A DNA stretch of 64,000 nt, taken from Rhodospirillales bacterium (GTDB lineage Bacteria; Pseudomonadota; Alphaproteobacteria; Rhodospirillales; Defluviicoccaceae). The position numbers and the translations under genes are program-made. The notes beneath the pieces are model-generated. The model was given only the letters and a program-made list of their open reading frames with translations. It ran no database searches and was not told the DNA's origin. Positions within the stretch are counted from its first letter, which is position 1. Each line of letters opens with the position of its first letter. This document shows positions 12,049 to 21,509 of this stretch, one piece after another. The DNA is taken from the NCBI GenBank assembly GCA_046348775.1, contig JAXMDO010000004.1, positions 1,832 through 65,831 on the forward strand. The letters are read 5' to 3'.

Positions 12049-12560
12049 ACGACGCTTCGTCCTCGGGATGGATCGCCACCTATCGGGCGACGATCGAGCC
12101 GGCCTGGATCGACTACAACGGTCACCTCAACGTCGCTTACTATCTCTTGCTCTTCGACCGCGCCCTCGACGCGGCGCTGGAAACCTTCGGCATCGGTCCC
12201 GCCTATCGGCAAGCGCACGGTTGCTCGGTGTTTGTCGGTGAGCACCATCTCGTCTACGACCGGGAGGTGCTGGCGCAGGCTTGCGTCCATATCGGCAGCC
12301 GTATCCTCGATGTGGACGAGCGGCGGCTGATCATCTTTCAGGAGATGCGGGTGGACGCGCCGGTGCCGGACGTGACCCCGCCGGCGGAGGCGGCGGCACC
12401 CGTCGCCACCTGCGAGACACTCTGCGTCCATGTGGATCTGGTGGCCCGGCGGTCGGTGGCGTGGCCGCCGGATATGGGCGAGCGCCTGAAGCGCAGTTGC
12501 GTCGGGCCGGCGGAACGGCCGGGTCGTGCGGGTCGCGCCATTCATCTCGCTCGTCGCTGA
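12045..12560 (+). CDS. Hotdog-fold acyl-CoA thioesterase (4HBT/YbgC-like)
   Basis: The GTG at 12045 overlaps the exporter stop (GTGA). Sequence WIATYRATIEPAWIDYNGHLNVAYYLLLFDRALDAALETFGIG...VFVGEHHLVYDREV resembles 4HBT-type thioesterases. Confidence 0.65.
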   Translation: MNDASSSGWIATYRATIEPAWIDYNGHLNVAYYLLLFDRALDAALETFGIGPAYRQAHGCSVFVGEHHLVYDREVLAQACVHIGSRILDVDERRLIIFQEMRVDAPVPDVTPPAEAAAPVATCETLCVHVDLVARRSVAWPPDMGERLKRSCVGPAERPGRAGRAIHLARR

Positions 12561-12618
12561 AATGGCGTGGTGACGGGTGTTTTTCCACTTAACGGCGAAT
12601 TAATGACCCCCGGCTAGA

Positions 12619-13776
12619 GTGACATCGTACACGCTCTCGACCGGGGGAACCGAAGTGGACTATTCCCACACTTGTGATCAGGCTCAGACGTTCGCATCCG
12701 CCGCCCTGCAGCGGATGCGCGAAATGGCGATCGCGCCCCACCCCAACAACTATGCTGTTTGGTACAGCTATTGTTCCGGCGAAGTTCCCGATCTCAATGC
12801 CGTTCTCGATGCCCTGGTGTGCGATCGACAGGAGTTCACTGACGAACGCAATCAGACGCTCTTCCGACGGTTCTTTGCCACGGCGGTGGACGTGCTGCCG
12901 GTGCATCTCATCGCCGAGAAGGTCGAGGCCGAGTTGACGGCGGTGCTGGGCGCCCTCGAAACGACCGTTGCCGTGCACGCCAAGTATGGCGAATCGCTGG
13001 AGCAGGTTGGGAAATTTGCCGAGGGAATCACCCAGCCGCTGGCGTTGCGCCGACTTCTCACCGCCATCATCGATAAGACGCGGGCCGTTGCCCGGCAGAG
13101 TTGCGAACTGGAGGGTCAGCTCCGCCAATCCTGTCAGGAGGTGGGCTCGCTGCGCGAACAGCTGGAAAGCGCCAAGCGCGAGGCGATGACCGACGCGCTG
13201 ACCGGACTTGCCAATCGCAAGATGCTGGACTTCGTCCTCAGAGAGGCGACGATGGAGGCGATGGAAACCGGCGATCCGCTGTCACTGCTGCTTCTCGACA
13301 TCGATCATTTCAAGCAGTTCAACGACTCCTACGGTCACATCATCGGCGATCACGTCCTGAAGCTGCTGGCGGTAACGTTGCGCGATTCCATCAAGGGCCA
13401 GGACACGGCGGCGCGCTACGGCGGCGAGGAGTTCGCCGTCATTCTTCCCAGGACGAACGCCACCGATGCATGCAAGCTGGCGGAGAACATCCGGCAGCGG
13501 ATCGCCAACAAGGCGGTCATCAACCGCAAGACCGGCGGCACCCTGGGTCGCGTCTGCGTCTCCGTCGGCGTCGGGCAGATGCGCATGGGCGAGTCGATTC
13601 GCCACTTCGTCGAGCGCACCGACAAGGCGCTGTATACGGCGAAACGGACCGGCCGCAATCGGGTCATTGCGGCGACCGACGACCTGGCCGAGTTGTCCCC
13701 CGTCTCCGATCCGCCGGAGGCGCGAGTGCTCCCGGGGGAAAAGAACCGTTTGAGTGATTCCCCTCATTTCGGCTAG
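12619..13776 (+). CDS. Diguanylate cyclase (GGDEF domain) with an N-terminal sensor/coiled-coil region
   Basis: DALTGLANRKML...LLLLDIDHFKQFNDSYGHIIGDHVLK...ARYGGEEFAVILP...DKALYTAKRTGRNRV. The GGEEF active site and an RxxD-like I-site context are present. Confidence 0.85.
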   Translation: MTSYTLSTGGTEVDYSHTCDQAQTFASAALQRMREMAIAPHPNNYAVWYSYCSGEVPDLNAVLDALVCDRQEFTDERNQTLFRRFFATAVDVLPVHLIAEKVEAELTAVLGALETTVAVHAKYGESLEQVGKFAEGITQPLALRRLLTAIIDKTRAVARQSCELEGQLRQSCQEVGSLREQLESAKREAMTDALTGLANRKMLDFVLREATMEAMETGDPLSLLLLDIDHFKQFNDSYGHIIGDHVLKLLAVTLRDSIKGQDTAARYGGEEFAVILPRTNATDACKLAENIRQRIANKAVINRKTGGTLGRVCVSVGVGQMRMGESIRHFVERTDKALYTAKRTGRNRVIAATDDLAELSPVSDPPEARVLPGEKNRLSDSPHFG

Positions 13777-13792
13777 AGGGTAACCGCAGAGT

Positions 13793-15190
13793 TTGATCAC
13801 CGGGAGTTGGACCGACCCCACGGTTCGGCTTCCCATGCCGATGACCGCGAGCGCAAGGTGCACGGCACGAGGGCCGAAATCCGTGGCGCCATCTGACAGG
13901 CTCCGTCAAGCCCTCGTCGGCACGGCACTGCCCGCGGCGGCGACCGCGGCCGGCATTGCTGCCGGTGCCGTGTCCTGGCCGGCGGCGCTGGCCATCCTCG
14001 CCACCCTGGTGGTGGCATTCTTCGTCCTCGTGCGTAAAGACCGCTCGCCGCAACCGGTGGCGCCCCCAGCCGACGGTGACGCCGCCGTCGCACCTCCCCT
14101 CGATCTCATCGAGTTCCTGCCCGATCCGGTCATCCTGGTTAACGGCCGCCGCGAGATCGTCGTCAGCAACCGGGCGGCGCGCGAGGCCCTCGGGGTCGGT
14201 CCCGCCGGTCGAGATCTGGCCATATCGCTTCGCCATCCGGACATTCTGGCCGCCGCCGACGCGGTGATCAGCGCCGGCGGCCCACTCAGCGGGGAGATAA
14301 CCCTCGCCGCGCCCATCACCCGTACGTTCGGCCTGCTTGCGACGGGGCTGCCGGTGGCGGCTGATAAAGGGGCGCCGCGCGTTCTCCTCGTGCTGCGCGA
14401 CGAGACCCGGGTCAGACGCGCCGAGCAAAGCCGCGCCGACTTCGTGGCCAATGCCTCCCATGAATTGCGATCGCCGCTGTCGGCGATCATCGGCTTTATC
14501 GAGACGCTGCGGGGTCCCGCCCGCGACGATGAGGAGGCGCGCAACCGTTTCCTGCAACTGATGCACGGCGAGGCCCAGCGCATGGCCCGTCTCGTCGACG
14601 ACCTGATGTCGTTGTCGCGGGTCGAGATCAATGAGCACGTGCTGCCGCGGGTGTCGGTGGATGTGGGCGCGATCGTCACCAGTGTCGCTAGCACGCTCGC
14701 CGTGCGCGCGCAGGCGAAATCGATGACCGTCGAAGTGGACATCGAGGATGATCTTCCCGGCGTTACCGGGGATGCCGACCAGCTGACACAAGTGTTTCAC
14801 AATCTGGTGGAGAACGCGATCAAGTACGGGCGCCCGGAGACGGCGATCCGGGTCATTGTTCGCCTTATGGATCGCTCCCCCGGCGCCAGCAGTGCGGGAA
14901 TTTCGGTGGCGGTGGTCGACCAGGGGGAGGGGATTCCGGCAGTGCATGTCCCGCGTCTGACCGAACGCTTTTACCGGGTGGACCAGGGGCGCTCCCGGCG
15001 CCTGGGCGGCACCGGCCTCGGTCTCGCCATCGTCAAGCATATCGTCAACCGCCATCGCGGGCGCCTCGCCATCGAAAGCAAGGTCGGCCAGGGCAGCGTC
15101 TTCACCGTCTTCCTCCCCCTGGGTGGCGAGCGGCCACGCAAGCGGCGATCGACAGCTTCCAGACCGGCGGCTGATTTCACAAAACCGTAA
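13793..15190 (+). CDS. phoR: Phosphate regulon sensor histidine kinase PhoR
   Basis: TM segment, a PAS-like region, H-box FVANASHELRSPLSAIIGFIETL, N-box NLVENAIKYG and G-boxes DQGEGI/GTGLGLAIVKHIV. It lies directly upstream of pstSCAB-phoU-phoB. The exact start is uncertain. Confidence 0.85.
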   Translation: MITGSWTDPTVRLPMPMTASARCTARGPKSVAPSDRLRQALVGTALPAAATAAGIAAGAVSWPAALAILATLVVAFFVLVRKDRSPQPVAPPADGDAAVAPPLDLIEFLPDPVILVNGRREIVVSNRAAREALGVGPAGRDLAISLRHPDILAAADAVISAGGPLSGEITLAAPITRTFGLLATGLPVAADKGAPRVLLVLRDETRVRRAEQSRADFVANASHELRSPLSAIIGFIETLRGPARDDEEARNRFLQLMHGEAQRMARLVDDLMSLSRVEINEHVLPRVSVDVGAIVTSVASTLAVRAQAKSMTVEVDIEDDLPGVTGDADQLTQVFHNLVENAIKYGRPETAIRVIVRLMDRSPGASSAGISVAVVDQGEGIPAVHVPRLTERFYRVDQGRSRRLGGTGLGLAIVKHIVNRHRGRLAIESKVGQGSVFTVFLPLGGERPRKRRSTASRPAADFTKP

Positions 15191-15213
15191 CCAAACTGTC
15201 ACATGACCGTCCC
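15185..15213 (+). promoter_or_regulatory. Candidate Pho box (three 7-nt half-sites phased at 11 bp) upstream of pstS
   Basis: ccgtaac-caaa-ctgtcac-atga-ccgtccc. The half-sites start at 15185, 15196 and 15207. The central site matches the CTGTCAY PhoB consensus. The element lies about 130 nt upstream of the pstS ATG. Confidence 0.45.
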
Positions 15214-15344
15214 CGACCCCGGCTAAAGTCGCGCGAGGCGAGCCGGAGGCCGCCGCGGTAAGCTAGCCGGGACATCTCGCCGGTCGTTCCGCGTGATGGC
15301 GGCCGTGCGTGCATTGGACCGCCGGTCTGGATAGGGAGAAAATC

Positions 15345-16382
15345 ATGAAGAAGGCATCACTGGCGGCTGCGCTGGTGGTAAGCGTCGCCTGCGCGAGCGC
15401 GGCGGAGGCCCGCGACCAGATCCGGATGGTCGGATCGTCGACGGTGTTTCCGTTTTCCACCCGCGTCGCCGAGGAGTTCGGCAAGACCACCAACTTCAAG
15501 ACGCCGGTGGTCGAGAGCACCGGCACCGGTGGCGGCTTCAAGCTGTTCTGCTCCGGCATCGGCGTCGATACCGCCGATTTTTCCAACGCGTCGCGCGCTA
15601 TCAAGAAGTCCGAGATCGACAACTGCGTCCAGAACGGCGTGACCGAAATAACCGAGGTCAAGATCGGCTATGACGGCATCGTCTTCGCCAACTCCAAGAA
15701 ATCGCCGCAACTCAACATCACCCTCGAACAGATCTTCCTCGCCCTCGCCAAGGAAGTGCCTGACGGCAAAGGCGGTCTGCAGGCCAATCCCAACACCATG
15801 TGGAACCAGATCGATCCGTCGTTGCCGGCGACGAAGATCGAGGTCCTCGGTCCGCCACCCACATCCGGGACCCGCGACGCCTTCAATGAGCTGGCGATGG
15901 AAGGCGGTTGCGAGAAGATTCCGGCGCTGGCGGAAATGAAGAAGACGGACGAAAAGAAGCTGAAGGCGGTCTGCCAGAGCATCCGTGAAGATGGAGTGTT
16001 CGTCGAAGCCGGTGAGAATGATGTGCTCATCGTCCGCAAGCTGGAGGCGAATCCAGCGGCGTTCGGCATTTTCGGCTACAGCTTCCTCGATCAAAATCGC
16101 GACAAGATTCAGGGCAGCAAGGTCAACGGCATCGAAGACAGCTACGAAAACATTTCGTCCGGTGCCTATCCCATTTCGCGCTCGCTGTTCGTCTACGTGA
16201 AGAAGGCGCACGTGGGCGTCATCCCCGGCATCAAGGAATATCTGGCCGAGTATACGGCCGAGAAGGCATGGGGTCCGGAGGGGTATCTGGCTGACAAGGG
16301 CCTCATTGCGCTGCCGGATGCGGAGCGCAAGAAGTTCCGCGAGGTCGCCCTGCAACTGCCGAATAACGTCGGTGGTAAGTAA
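15345..16382 (+). CDS. pstS: Phosphate ABC transporter substrate-binding protein PstS
   Basis: From the ATG at 15345: signal peptide MKKASLAAALVVSVACASAAEA, then RDQIRMVGSSTVFPFSTRVAEEF...STGTGGGFKLFC, a PstS-family (PBP-like 2) sequence. Confidence 0.9.
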   Translation: MKKASLAAALVVSVACASAAEARDQIRMVGSSTVFPFSTRVAEEFGKTTNFKTPVVESTGTGGGFKLFCSGIGVDTADFSNASRAIKKSEIDNCVQNGVTEITEVKIGYDGIVFANSKKSPQLNITLEQIFLALAKEVPDGKGGLQANPNTMWNQIDPSLPATKIEVLGPPPTSGTRDAFNELAMEGGCEKIPALAEMKKTDEKKLKAVCQSIREDGVFVEAGENDVLIVRKLEANPAAFGIFGYSFLDQNRDKIQGSKVNGIEDSYENISSGAYPISRSLFVYVKKAHVGVIPGIKEYLAEYTAEKAWGPEGYLADKGLIALPDAERKKFREVALQLPNNVGGK

Positions 16383-16418
16383 TTACAATCTGAAACGACC
16401 CTTTATGCCGGCTTCGTC

Positions 16419-17798
16419 ATGTCCATAACTCTTATCGTCGGCGTTCTTTTTGCCCTGACCGTCTTTGGCTTTTTCTTCGGAAGGTCGCGGGCGGTTGCGG
16501 TGGCAGGGCGGGATGGTGACCGACTGCATTCCCGCCCCAAGTACTACGGCTACTACGTGGCCCTGTGGTGCGGGCTTCCGGCGCTGATCCTGGTCGTTCT
16601 CTGGCTGGTGCTGGAGCCGCGCATCCTCGAGATGGTCCTCATCAACAGCCTGACGCCCGAGCAGCAGGCCCTGCCACCGGCACAGCTGGGCCTGCTGGTC
16701 AACGACGTCCGCAACCTGGCGAACGGCAACGTCTTCGGAGCGCCGGCGCCGGAGACGGTGGCCGCGGCGGAGCGTTTCGCCTCCGTGCGCAGCCTCAGCC
16801 ACATGGCGCTGGGGGTTGCCGTCCTCGCCGCCGCCATTGCCGGTCTGGCGTTCGCCCGTCAGCGGATCGTTCCCCGGCTGCGGGCGCGCAATCAGGTGGA
16901 AAGTGCCGTCCAGGGGCTGCTGCTGATCTGTTCGGTGATCGCCATCCTGACGACGATCGGCATCATTCTTTCGCTGATCGTCGAAAGCAGTCGCTTTTTC
17001 ATGCGGGTGCCGGTGACCGAGTTCCTGTTCGGCACCCACTGGAGCCCGCAGATGGCGCTGCGCGCCGATCAGGTGGGGGCGTCCGGCGCCTTCGGAGCGA
17101 TTCCGCTGTTCGTGGGCACGCTGCTGATCTCCGCCATCGCCATGAGCGTGGCGATGCCGGTTGGCCTGTTGTCGGCCATCTATATGGCGGAATACGCCCA
17201 CCCGCGGGTGCGCTCGGTGGCCAAGCCGATGCTGGAAATCCTCGCCGGCATCCCGACGGTGGTCTACGGGTTCTTCGCCGCACTAACGGTTGCGCCCTTG
17301 TTCCGCGCCGCCGGGCAAGCGGTCGGCCTCTCCATCTCGTCGGAGAGCGCGCTTGCCGCCGGGGTGGTCATGGGGATCATGCTGGTGCCGTTCGTCTCGT
17401 CCTTGTCGGACGACGTAATCACCGCCGTTCCCCAATCTATGCGCGACGGCTCCCTCGGTTTGGGGGCCACGCGCTCGGAGACCATTCGCAAGGTGATCCT
17501 GCCGGCGGCGCTGCCCGGCATCGTCGGCGGCTTCATGCTTGCCATCTCGCGCGCGATCGGGGAGACGATGATCGTCGTCATGGCCGCCGGCCTTGCCGCC
17601 AACATGACCGCCAATCCATTCCAGGCGGTGACGACGGTGACGGTGCAGATCGCCACCCTTCTCGTCGGCGATCAGGAATTCGACAGTCCGAAAACGCTGG
17701 CGGCGTTCGCCCTCGGCCTCGTCCTCTTCTGCGTGACCCTGATCCTGAACGTCATCGCCCTGCGCATCGTCCAGAAGTATCGGGAACAGTATGACTGA
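16419..17798 (+). CDS. pstC: Phosphate ABC transporter permease PstC
   Basis: 459-aa polytopic membrane protein with the EAA-type loop SRAIGETMIVVMAAG. It sits between pstS and pstA. Confidence 0.9.
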   Translation: MSITLIVGVLFALTVFGFFFGRSRAVAVAGRDGDRLHSRPKYYGYYVALWCGLPALILVVLWLVLEPRILEMVLINSLTPEQQALPPAQLGLLVNDVRNLANGNVFGAPAPETVAAAERFASVRSLSHMALGVAVLAAAIAGLAFARQRIVPRLRARNQVESAVQGLLLICSVIAILTTIGIILSLIVESSRFFMRVPVTEFLFGTHWSPQMALRADQVGASGAFGAIPLFVGTLLISAIAMSVAMPVGLLSAIYMAEYAHPRVRSVAKPMLEILAGIPTVVYGFFAALTVAPLFRAAGQAVGLSISSESALAAGVVMGIMLVPFVSSLSDDVITAVPQSMRDGSLGLGATRSETIRKVILPAALPGIVGGFMLAISRAIGETMIVVMAAGLAANMTANPFQAVTTVTVQIATLLVGDQEFDSPKTLAAFALGLVLFCVTLILNVIALRIVQKYREQYD

Positions 17799-19107
17799 GA
17801 TGCTGACGACCGCGACGCCCCCGCGAGACGGCCGCGCGGTCTCGGAGGCGATCGCCCGCAGCCTGCGGCGTCGCTATGCCGCCGAGCGCCGGTTCAAGGC
17901 TTACGGCGTCATTGCCATCGGTCTGTCGATGATCGCGCTGGCGACGCTGCTGTTCACGGTGATCTCGACCGGTTTGCCGGCGTTCACCCAGACCCAGATC
18001 CGCCTCGACGTCACCCTTTATCCCCAGGATATCGATCCGGAGGGGACGCGCGATCCGCAGACGCTCGCCACCGCCGATTACGAGAAGCTCATCCGTGATG
18101 CGATGAGCGACCTGTTCCCGGAGGTGACCGGCCGCCAGGATCGTCGCGAGCTGTTCGCGATGATCAGCCCCGGCGCCACCTACGTGATCCGGGAGAAGGT
18201 GATCGCCGATCCGTCGTTGATCGGTCAGCGGGTGCAGTTGCTGATCCCGGTCGCCGACGACATGGATCAGTTTGCCAAAGGGACCATCGCCGCCGCCGGC
18301 GGTGAGGAAACGCGGCGGGTTTCGGACAGACAGATCGCCTGGTTCGAACGGCTGCAAGGCCGGGGGATGATCAAATCGGCCTTCAATTGGACGCTGTTCA
18401 CCGCCGGCGATTCCCGCTCGCCCGAGCTGGCCGGCATCAGGGGTGCCCTCGTCGGCTCCCTGTGGACGATGTCGCTGACGTTGCTGATGGCCTTTCCGCT
18501 GGGCGTCGGTGCTGCCATCTTCCTGGAGGAGTTTGCCAAGAAGAACCGGTGGACCAGCCTGATCGAGGTCAACATCAACAATCTGGCGGCGGTGCCTTCG
18601 ATCGTCTTCGGTCTGCTCGGTCTCGCCGTCTTCCTGAACTTCTTCGGCCTGCCCCGGTCGTCTCCCCTTGTCGGCGCCATGGTGCTGACGCTGATGACGC
18701 TGCCGATCATCATCATCGCCAGTCGGGCGGCGCTGAAGGCGGTGCCGCCGTCGATCCGCGAGGCGGCGCTCGGGATCGGCGCGTCGAAGATGCAGGCGGT
18801 GTTCCAGCACGTGGTGCCGCTGGCGATGCCGGGCATGCTCACCGGCACCATCCTCGGCCTTGCCCACGCGCTCGGCGAGACGGCACCTTTGCTGATGATC
18901 GGCATGGTCGCCTTTATCGTCGATATCCCCACCGGTCCGCTCGATGCGGCGACGGTGATGCCGGTTCAGATCTATCTGTGGGCGGATGCACCGGAGCGGG
19001 CCTTCGTCGAGCGGTCGTCGGCGGCGATCATGGTCTTGCTCGCTTTCCTGATCGTGATGAATGCGGTGGCTGTCGTCTTGCGCAAGCGGTTTGAACGGAA
19101 ATGGTAG
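17791..19107 (+). CDS. pstA: Phosphate ABC transporter permease PstA
   Basis: 438 aa with blocks [17 protein letters not shown] and [14 protein letters not shown]. It overlaps the pstC stop. Confidence 0.9.
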   Translation: MTEMLTTATPPRDGRAVSEAIARSLRRRYAAERRFKAYGVIAIGLSMIALATLLFTVISTGLPAFTQTQIRLDVTLYPQDIDPEGTRDPQTLATADYEKLIRDAMSDLFPEVTGRQDRRELFAMISPGATYVIREKVIADPSLIGQRVQLLIPVADDMDQFAKGTIAAAGGEETRRVSDRQIAWFERLQGRGMIKSAFNWTLFTAGDSRSPELAGIRGALVGSLWTMSLTLLMAFPLGVGAAIFLEEFAKKNRWTSLIEVNINNLAAVPSIVFGLLGLAVFLNFFGLPRSSPLVGAMVLTLMTLPIIIIASRAALKAVPPSIREAALGIGASKMQAVFQHVVPLAMPGMLTGTILGLAHALGETAPLLMIGMVAFIVDIPTGPLDAATVMPVQIYLWADAPERAFVERSSAAIMVLLAFLIVMNAVAVVLRKRFERKW

Positions 19108-19145
19108 AAGCAAGCGCTAAAAAGCCGGCACGGGAACGGAGCCGG

Positions 19146-19979
19146 ATGGGGAGTGATCGGATGAGCAACATCGAAATGGACACGGTGCGGCCGAGCGAGG
19201 TGAAGGCGAGCGGCGTGCGTCCGGCGCCGAAGATGACCTCGTTGGATGTGAACGTTTTCTACGGCGACAAGCATGCGTTGAAGGGCATCAACCTCGACAT
19301 CGGCGAGAACGAGGTCACGGCGTTGATCGGGCCCTCCGGCTGCGGCAAATCCACCTATCTGCGTTGCCTCAACCGGATGAACGATACCATCGACAGTTGT
19401 CGGGTGACCGGCCAAATCACCCTCGACGGCAATGACATCTACGACGGCGACATGGACGTGGTTTACCTGCGAGCTCGCGTCGGCATGGTGTTTCAGAAGC
19501 CGAACCCGTTCCCGAAGGCCATCTATGAGAACGTGGCCTACGGTCCCCGTATCCACGGCATCGCCAGGGACAAGACGGATCTGGATCGCATCGTTCAGGA
19601 GAGCCTGGAGAAGGCCGGCCTGTGGGGCGAGGTGAAGGATCGTCTCGGCGACCCCGGCACCGGTCTCTCCGGCGGCCAGCAGCAGCGCCTCTGTATCGCC
19701 CGGGCGATCGCCGTGCAGCCGGAGGTCATCCTCATGGACGAGCCGTGTTCGGCGCTGGATCCGATCGCGACGGCGAGGATCGAGGAACTGATCGACGAAT
19801 TGCGGGCCAACTACACCATCGTCATCGTCACCCATTCCATGCAGCAGGCCGCCCGCGTCTCGCAGCGGACCGGCTTTTTCCACCTGGGCTATCTGGTGGA
19901 GACCGGCGATACCGAGCAGATCTTCACCAACCCCAAGGACACGCGCACCCACGACTACATCACCGGGCGCTTCGGCTGA
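19146..19979 (+). CDS. pstB: Phosphate ABC transporter ATP-binding protein PstB
   Basis: [13 protein letters not shown], Walker [20 protein letters not shown], signature [14 protein letters not shown], Walker [13 protein letters not shown] and the ending [12 protein letters not shown]. The start could be 19101, 19146 or 19161. Confidence 0.9.
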   Translation: MGSDRMSNIEMDTVRPSEVKASGVRPAPKMTSLDVNVFYGDKHALKGINLDIGENEVTALIGPSGCGKSTYLRCLNRMNDTIDSCRVTGQITLDGNDIYDGDMDVVYLRARVGMVFQKPNPFPKAIYENVAYGPRIHGIARDKTDLDRIVQESLEKAGLWGEVKDRLGDPGTGLSGGQQQRLCIARAIAVQPEVILMDEPCSALDPIATARIEELIDELRANYTIVIVTHSMQQAARVSQRTGFFHLGYLVETGDTEQIFTNPKDTRTHDYITGRFG

Positions 19980-20036
19980 GCCCGACGGCCTTTTGGGCAT
20001 CGAGGGCCCCCGCCGGGGCAGCAGGGAGACCACGCT

Positions 20037-20750
20037 ATGAGTTCGAACCACATCGTCAGGTCGTTCGATGAGCAGTTGCGGCGGCTCGACAATCTGATCG
20101 CCGAGATGGGCGGTCTCGCCGAAGTCCAGCTTTCGGAAGCAATCGAGGCGCTGGTCCGCCGCGACGTGGATCGCGCGGCGGAAGTCGCCGCCGCCGATAG
20201 CCGTCTCGATGAGATGGAGGTGGAGATCGACCGCCATGCCATCAATCTGCTGGCGCTGCGGCAGCCGATGGCGAAGGATCTGCGCGAGATCGTCGGCGCG
20301 CTCAAGGTTTCCGGGATGATCGAGCGGATCGGCGACTACGCCAAGAATGTCGCCAAACGGACGGTGTCCCTGGTCGAGATGGCGCCGGTGCCGTCCAATC
20401 AGACCGTCGCCCGTCTCGGTCAACTGGCTCAGGAGATGGTCAAGGACGTGCTCGACGCCTACGTGGAGCGCGACATTGAAAAGGCGGCCTCGGTCCGTCA
20501 TCGCGACAAGGACGTGGACGCCCTTTACACCAGCATCTTTCGCGAGTTGCTGACCTACATGATGGAGGATGCGCGCAGCATCAGCGCCTGCACCCACCTT
20601 CTGTTCGCGGCGAAGAACTTCGAGCGGGTCGGCGACCATGCCACCAACATCGCCGAGATCGTCGAATTCCTCGTCGAAGGGCGGGTCGAGTTCGACGAGC
20701 GGCCGAAGGAGGACACCTCCAGCTTCGCCATCGTCGAGCCCCATGCATGA
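20037..20750 (+). CDS. phoU: Phosphate signalling complex protein PhoU
   Basis: 237 aa with two PhoU repeats (ERIGDYAKNVAKR and ERVGDHATNIAEI). Confidence 0.9.
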   Translation: MSSNHIVRSFDEQLRRLDNLIAEMGGLAEVQLSEAIEALVRRDVDRAAEVAAADSRLDEMEVEIDRHAINLLALRQPMAKDLREIVGALKVSGMIERIGDYAKNVAKRTVSLVEMAPVPSNQTVARLGQLAQEMVKDVLDAYVERDIEKAASVRHRDKDVDALYTSIFRELLTYMMEDARSISACTHLLFAAKNFERVGDHATNIAEIVEFLVEGRVEFDERPKEDTSSFAIVEPHA

Positions 20751-21508
20751 TCCCGTTGGCAAGCCCCGCAGCCGGCAAGGATGACGCGACCGTGAAACCC
20801 AGCGTACTGATCATCGAGGACGAGCAGGCGCAGGCGGAGATGCTGCGCTACAACTTCGATCGCGCCGGCTTCGACGTAGCCCTGTCAGGGGACGGCGAGG
20901 AGGCGCTGCTGGCGGTGGACCATCGGCCGCCCGACCTCATCCTCCTCGATTGGATGCTGCCCGGCATTTCGGGTGTTGCGCTTTGTCAGCGGCTGCGGGC
21001 GCGGCCGGAGACGCGCTCGATCCCCATCATCATGCTGACCGCCCGCAGTGAGGAGACCGACCGCATACGCGGCTTCGACTCGGGTGCCGACGACTATGTG
21101 GTGAAGCCGTTTTCGCCGACGGAACTCATCGCCCGGGTGCGCGCCGTGCTCCGCCGGGCGCGGCCGGCGCTGGGCGAGGACACCCTCGTCTGCGACGACA
21201 TCGTCATGGATCTGGGCAGCCACCGGGTGAGCCGCAGCCACATGCCGATCCATCTCGGTCCGACCGAATATCGCATCCTCAGGTTGTTCATGGAGCGGCC
21301 GAACCGGGTGTTCACCCGCGAGCAGCTTCTCGACAAAGTGTGGGGACGGGATATTCATGTGGAGCTGCGCACGGTCGACGTGCACATCCGCCGCCTGAGG
21401 AAGGCACTGGCCGAGCATGGCGGCGACGATGTCATCCGCACCGTCCGCGGCACCGGCTACGCCCTCGATGGCACTTCCGTGAACCGAGGCGTGACCGCAA
21501 CCGCGTAG
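20747..21508 (+). CDS. phoB: Phosphate regulon response regulator PhoB (OmpR family)
   Basis: Receiver domain LIIEDE...DLILLDWMLPGISG...MLTAR, plus a winged-helix domain LGPTEYRILRLFMERPNRVFTREQLLDKVWG...VDVHIRRLRKAL...IRTVRGTGYAL. The real start may be the GTG at 20792. Confidence 0.9.
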   Translation: MIPLASPAAGKDDATVKPSVLIIEDEQAQAEMLRYNFDRAGFDVALSGDGEEALLAVDHRPPDLILLDWMLPGISGVALCQRLRARPETRSIPIIMLTARSEETDRIRGFDSGADDYVVKPFSPTELIARVRAVLRRARPALGEDTLVCDDIVMDLGSHRVSRSHMPIHLGPTEYRILRLFMERPNRVFTREQLLDKVWGRDIHVELRTVDVHIRRLRKALAEHGGDDVIRTVRGTGYALDGTSVNRGVTATA

Positions 21509-21509
21509 C

